Assembly (NCBI GenBank): GCA_965217775.1
Contig: CBDCJH010000002.1
Span: 1,440,001-1,504,000, forward strand
Length of the DNA: 64,000 nt
Direction: 5' to 3'
From: Acidobacteriota bacterium
Lineage (GTDB): Bacteria; Acidobacteriota; UBA6911; RPQK01; JAJDTT01
Positions 60,026-64,000 of the stretch are shown piece by piece. Position 1 is the first letter of the stretch, and each line of letters starts with the position of its first letter. The notes below the pieces were generated by a model. It saw only the letters and a list, made by a program, of their open reading frames with translations. It was not told the DNA's origin and did not search any database. A program made the translations under genes and the position numbers.

Positions 60026-61531
60026 TTAGTACTCGTAGGCAACGCCCGCTGAGAGCGTGTTTTCCCGGTTCTGCGTCGCGGCGCCCAACGTCCTCCAACT
60101 GTGTCCAAATTTCCCGACGAATCCAGGCAAGAACCGGTAGTTGAAGCCAAGCGTCCAGCTTTCCCGGTCCCACCGGGGGTTCTTGAATACCAGCGGCTCC
60201 ACCTCGTCCATGCTGTCGACCTGGTCGTAGCGAACGAACAGGTCGAGCGGGCCCGGATTGACGCGAAAACCGCGCTTGAGCCAGTCGGATATGTCGTAGC
60301 CGAACTCGACATAGACCGACTCGGCAGCCCGGGCCACGGGCGAGCGGACGACTCCCAGGTTGTTGGACAGTCGTCTGTTGGACCGCGTCAGCAGGTCGGA
60401 ATTTTCCAGCGTTCCACGGATAAATTCCCCCCTTAGAGTGATCGCGCCGACTTCCCAGGTTCCAAACACCGAGCCGATGTTCACGTGCACGTCGTAGTCC
60501 ACGTCATCCTTCGGACGATTGTCGGCCGTGTTGCCGCGATAGAACGAGACGCCAACCATGCTGCTGGCGGTCGGGTGGTAATTCAGATTGAAGACGTAGG
60601 CCGGATTCTCGGCCACTTTGTATTCGAATTTCTCTTGAAAACCGCCCCGGACCCAGTTCGCCGAACTGAATCCCGTCGAATCCAAGCCATTGACGATCTG
60701 AGCCTCGTACTCGAGATAGCTGTCGCCGAAGAGCCCCAGTTCGCCAAAAACGCCGGCGCCGTTTTCGTGCCAGGTGACGGGTATTAGGGGGCTGGCCGTC
60801 GCATCGCGAGCGGCGGTGAAGAATTGGGACGGTTTGTGGCGTTGGTTCAGCAACCCCACAGGTAGGATCACGTGCCCGAATTTCAGGCTCAGAGGACGGG
60901 AAAACAGGATCTCGGCATGTGCCTTCTCGAGTTCGATCTCGCCACCTTTTTCGATTTCTTGTTCGAATTCTCCGAACTCTTCGAATACGTCAAACTCCGT
61001 GGCGGCGCCGACACCCCCATGCTCCAAGGCCACTTCCACCTCCACCTTGAATTTGTCGATGGGCTGGTACTCGGCTTCGAATATGATCCTTTCGACATCG
61101 GTTCTTGCCCGGCGGTCGGCGTGAGTCTCCCAGTCGTAGTTTTCGAAAAAAATCGTCCCGTAGCCTGAGAACTCCCAGTTGGAATCGTCGTCCGGCTTGG
61201 CGGCGGGATCAGGCACTTTCGCGGCCAATGGACTCTCGGGCGTAGGCGGAACGGGTATTTCCGGTCTCGGACGATCGACCAGTCCCTCCACCTGCTTCCG
61301 GAGTTCATCCAGCGACTGTTGCAGAACTCGGATCTGCTCTTGTTGCGCTTCGATGATCCGGAGCAATTCTTCAGGATCGGTGATCTGACGCCTGACCGCC
61401 CCTTCTTTTGAGACCGGTGTGCCTTTGTTCTCCTCCGTTGGGGCGGCAGCATGAAGCGTTACCAGGAGCAGCAGAAAACTAGCCGTAGCTATTACACTCT
61501 TCCTCGCCAGTAACGACCTGTTCCCACCCAT
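60026..61531 (-). CDS. Outer-membrane porin associated with the imelysin/DHOR locus
   Basis: Coiled-coil N-terminus, EVALEHGG.G...E, EKGGEIELEK, LIPVTWHE.G, NGLDSTGFSS; C-terminal aromatic residue (AYEY). Confidence 0.8.
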   Translation of the reverse strand: MGGNRSLLARKSVIATASFLLLLVTLHAAAPTEENKGTPVSKEGAVRRQITDPEELLRIIEAQQEQIRVLQQSLDELRKQVEGLVDRPRPEIPVPPTPESPLAAKVPDPAAKPDDDSNWEFSGYGTIFFENYDWETHADRRARTDVERIIFEAEYQPIDKFKVEVEVALEHGGVGAATEFDVFEEFGEFEQEIEKGGEIELEKAHAEILFSRPLSLKFGHVILPVGLLNQRHKPSQFFTAARDATASPLIPVTWHENGAGVFGELGLFGDSYLEYEAQIVNGLDSTGFSSANWVRGGFQEKFEYKVAENPAYVFNLNYHPTASSMVGVSFYRGNTADNRPKDDVDYDVHVNIGSVFGTWEVGAITLRGEFIRGTLENSDLLTRSNRRLSNNLGVVRSPVARAAESVYVEFGYDISDWLKRGFRVNPGPLDLFVRYDQVDSMDEVEPLVFKNPRWDRESWTLGFNYRFLPGFVGKFGHSWRTLGAATQNRENTLSAGVAYEY

Positions 61532-61850
61532 GCCTCTATCTCTTTGGACCATTGCCGACCCTGTGCGTCCATTCATATTCGACCGACCAACTCGTGGCGG
61601 CCCCAGCAGGGCTGTATTTATCGGCGTTCAACCATCGACGCTGCGGGCCGGTCCCATGCCGTTCGTCCTGCTCCGGGCCAGCCACGCCAATTCCTGCAAA
61701 CTCCCGCTGCATTGGTAAAAACATCCTGTTGGACAAGCGACGCCATGCGCAGAAGATCGGCTAGGGCAGTGCGCTCCGGACCCCTCCCATTCATCCTCCG
61801 ATTATCAAAAGGGTTCCCATGGAAGAGGTCTATTCGGCTCCACTCTTATT

Positions 61851-61869
61851 GAAAATGAACATCATTATC
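61851..61869. promoter_or_regulatory. Fur box-like site
   Basis: GAAAATGAACATCATTATC matches GATAATGATAATCATTATC at 16/19; lies upstream of the iron locus. Confidence 0.8.
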
Positions 61870-61910
61870 GGCAAGGAGGCTCTATCGTAGGGGTGTTTTT
61901 AAGTGAGATC

Positions 61911-61943
61911 AAGTGAAAATGAAAATCAATTTCATTTTCACTT
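61911..61943. promoter_or_regulatory. Second Fur box-like site inside a 14-bp-arm palindrome
   Basis: AAGTGAAAATGAAA-atcaa-TTTCATTTTCACTT; 61915-61933 matches the Fur consensus at 15/19. Confidence 0.75.
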
Positions 61944-62117
61944 GTGGGCTATCGAAACAACCGGTGGCGTTAACGGCGGGACTTTTCAAGCCTGGCACGA
62001 ACGACTCAGACTTTCGGCAGGGAGATTTTCTGTTGAAGGGCTCCAGTCGGCACGAACCGCTAGTCCACCGGGCGCTGATCCAACCGCCCGACCCTCAAAA
62101 CTCGCCGATGCCTGTCG

Positions 62118-63545
62118 TTACGCCAGGATCTCTTTCACCACCCGCCCGTAGACGTCCGTGAGGCGGAAGTCGCGGCCGCTGTAGCGATAGGTCAACCTCT
62201 CATGGTCGAGGCCCAATAGATGGAGGATGGTGGCGTGCAAGTCATGGATATGCACCTTCTCGTCGACGGCCCGCAATCCGTACTCGTCGGTGACTCCGTG
62301 GACCATGCCTCCCCGCACACCCGCTCCGGCCATCCAGGTGCAGAACCCCTCGGGGTTGTGGCCCCGGCCGTATTGGGATTTGTCTCCAAAGGAAAAATCC
62401 TCGAAGTGGGGCGTTCGCCCGAACTCACCCGACCAGACCAGGAGCGTGTCGTCGAACAGTCCCCTGGCTTTGAGGTCCGTAATCAGGCCGGCTGTGGGCT
62501 TGTCTATGTTGGCGCACTTCTTGGGAAGACCCCTGCCAATGGCTTCGTGATGGTCCCAGCCACTTGAGGTGACCTGAATGAAGCGCACGCCGGCTTCGGC
62601 AAAGCGGCGGGCCAGCAGGCACTGGCGTCCGAACTCGTCGGTCTCTTTCTCGCCGATGCCATAGAGATCGAGCGTGGCCTTTGACTCGGAAGACAGGTCG
62701 ATGAGATCCGGAGCCTCCGACTGCATTCGAAACGCCAGCTCAAAGGATTGGATGAGGCCCTCCATCTGGCGGTCGGCCCGAACCTGATGCAGATGCGCCC
62801 GGTTCATCTGCTGAATGAAATCCACCTGATCGCGTTGCAACTCGGCCGGCAGGCTCGGATCCTCGAGATAGTGAAACACTGCCTTTTTGGCGCCCGTGGA
62901 ACGGCTGCCCAGGGCCGTTCCCTGGTAGATGGCGGGGAGGAACGAATTCCCGAAAAACTGGACGCTGCCGGTGTCGTGAAAAATGAGCGGACAGATGGTG
63001 ACGAAGCTGGGCAGGTTCCGGTTCTCGGTTCCCAGTCCGTACCCGATCCACGATCCCATTGACGGACGAACCAGGCGGGGATCACCGGTGTGGAGTTGCC
63101 TTGCCGCGGGAGCATGGGCTTCGCTGTCCGCCTGCATGGCACGGAGCAGACACAGCTCATCGGCGTGCTTCGCCATGTGGGGCAGCCAATCGGTCATCAT
63201 CAGCCCGGACTGTCCCTGAGGCCGCATCGGGGAGATCGGTCCCAACAGGCGGCTCAAATCCATCCCAACCCCATCAGGAATCTCGTAGGGAATGGCCTCT
63301 CCACTCTCTTTCGCCAGCCGCGGCTTGTAGTCGAACATGTCGAGCTGGGATGGGCCGCCCGCCATCCACATGAAAATCACGCGCTTAACGCGGGCAGGGA
63401 AGTGGGGAACCTTCGGCGACAGGGGTCCGGAGGCGGCCGCAGCCTGCTCGGTGCACATGGCCGCCAGCGCTACGGAGCCGAAGCCGCAAGCGGAGGATCG
63501 AAGAAAACGGCGGCGCGTCAAGTCTTGGTGAGGTGGGAGGGTCAT
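62118..63545 (-). CDS. DUF1501 domain protein (Tat signal)
   Basis: [34 protein letters not shown]. Confidence 0.9.
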   Translation of the reverse strand: MTLPPHQDLTRRRFLRSSACGFGSVALAAMCTEQAAAASGPLSPKVPHFPARVKRVIFMWMAGGPSQLDMFDYKPRLAKESGEAIPYEIPDGVGMDLSRLLGPISPMRPQGQSGLMMTDWLPHMAKHADELCLLRAMQADSEAHAPAARQLHTGDPRLVRPSMGSWIGYGLGTENRNLPSFVTICPLIFHDTGSVQFFGNSFLPAIYQGTALGSRSTGAKKAVFHYLEDPSLPAELQRDQVDFIQQMNRAHLHQVRADRQMEGLIQSFELAFRMQSEAPDLIDLSSESKATLDLYGIGEKETDEFGRQCLLARRFAEAGVRFIQVTSSGWDHHEAIGRGLPKKCANIDKPTAGLITDLKARGLFDDTLLVWSGEFGRTPHFEDFSFGDKSQYGRGHNPEGFCTWMAGAGVRGGMVHGVTDEYGLRAVDEKVHIHDLHATILHLLGLDHERLTYRYSGRDFRLTDVYGRVVKEILA

Positions 63546-63551
63546 GGGGAA

Positions 63552-64000
63552 TTATCCTCGGAAAAGGAATTCGTTTGACGCAAACACGGAATGACAATAG
63601 CGAGCCCAGGCTTTCAGGCGCAGATTATCAGATGCCTCGGGCAGACGGCCCAGCTTCTCTTCGAAACTCGCGATGAAATCCAGCGCCCGGTTCACTTCCT
63701 GCTTCGTGGCGGGCCGGTTCAAGGCTTGCAGGAAAAAACCGGAGACACGCTTTTCGTCGTCCGGTCCCCCTTCCTCCAGAAGAGTGCGGGCCGTGAGAAG
63801 CGCCTGCTCGCGCAGGAAAGGAGAATTCATGAGATAGAGGCTCTGGGTGGGGACCGTGGTGACCGACCGGGATCCGATAGTCTGGTCGGGATCGGGGAAA
63901 TCGAAGAGATTCAGCATATCGAGCTGCGGGAGCTGATTCTTTCGCAGGGAGGGCAGGTAAATCGTTCGTCGATACAGGAACTGTTCGTTCACTTTGGCGT
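63552..64000 (-). CDS. DUF1553-containing (PSD1) protein, C-terminal part
   Basis: RRTIYLP, LFDFPDP, TTVPTQSLYLMNSPF, SNEFLF; 5' end outside window. Confidence 0.85.
   Translation of the reverse strand, partial: AKVNEQFLYRRTIYLPSLRKNQLPQLDMLNLFDFPDPDQTIGSRSVTTVPTQSLYLMNSPFLREQALLTARTLLEEGGPDDEKRVSGFFLQALNRPATKQEVNRALDFIASFEEKLGRLPEASDNLRLKAWARYCHSVFASNEFLFRG

Overview
A GC-rich bacterial window whose gene content points to Acidobacteriota or a similar Planctomycete-like heterotroph: an Oar-like TonB-dependent receptor, three PSD1/DUF1549/DUF1553 + DUF1501 pairs, CRTAC1/FG-GAP proteins, and NHL, ankyrin, TPR and FN3 proteins. A host-associated lifestyle is possible but is inference. About 42 CDS are supportable. 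They include housekeeping or metabolic genes (class I/II aminotransferase, cysK, galM, M23 peptidase, LarA-like isomerase, NRAMP-like transporter), two toxin-antitoxin-type loci (one truncated), a GntR/TonB uptake locus, and a Fur-boxed porin-imelysin-di-heme iron locus. No rRNA, tRNA, CRISPR array or transposase was recognised. Top observation: ORFs 25789..27498 and 27520..28593 are one reading frame broken only by a TGA that is followed by a bacterial SECIS-like hairpin. This predicts a ~934-aa secreted selenoprotein (FG-GAP/CRTAC1 + ASPIC/UnbV + TlpA thioredoxin). Second: an 84-aa secreted peptide with perfectly mirror-symmetric spacing of 8 cysteines is encoded just downstream of a membrane-anchored ankyrin protein. 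All family calls were made by eye from motifs; no searches were run.
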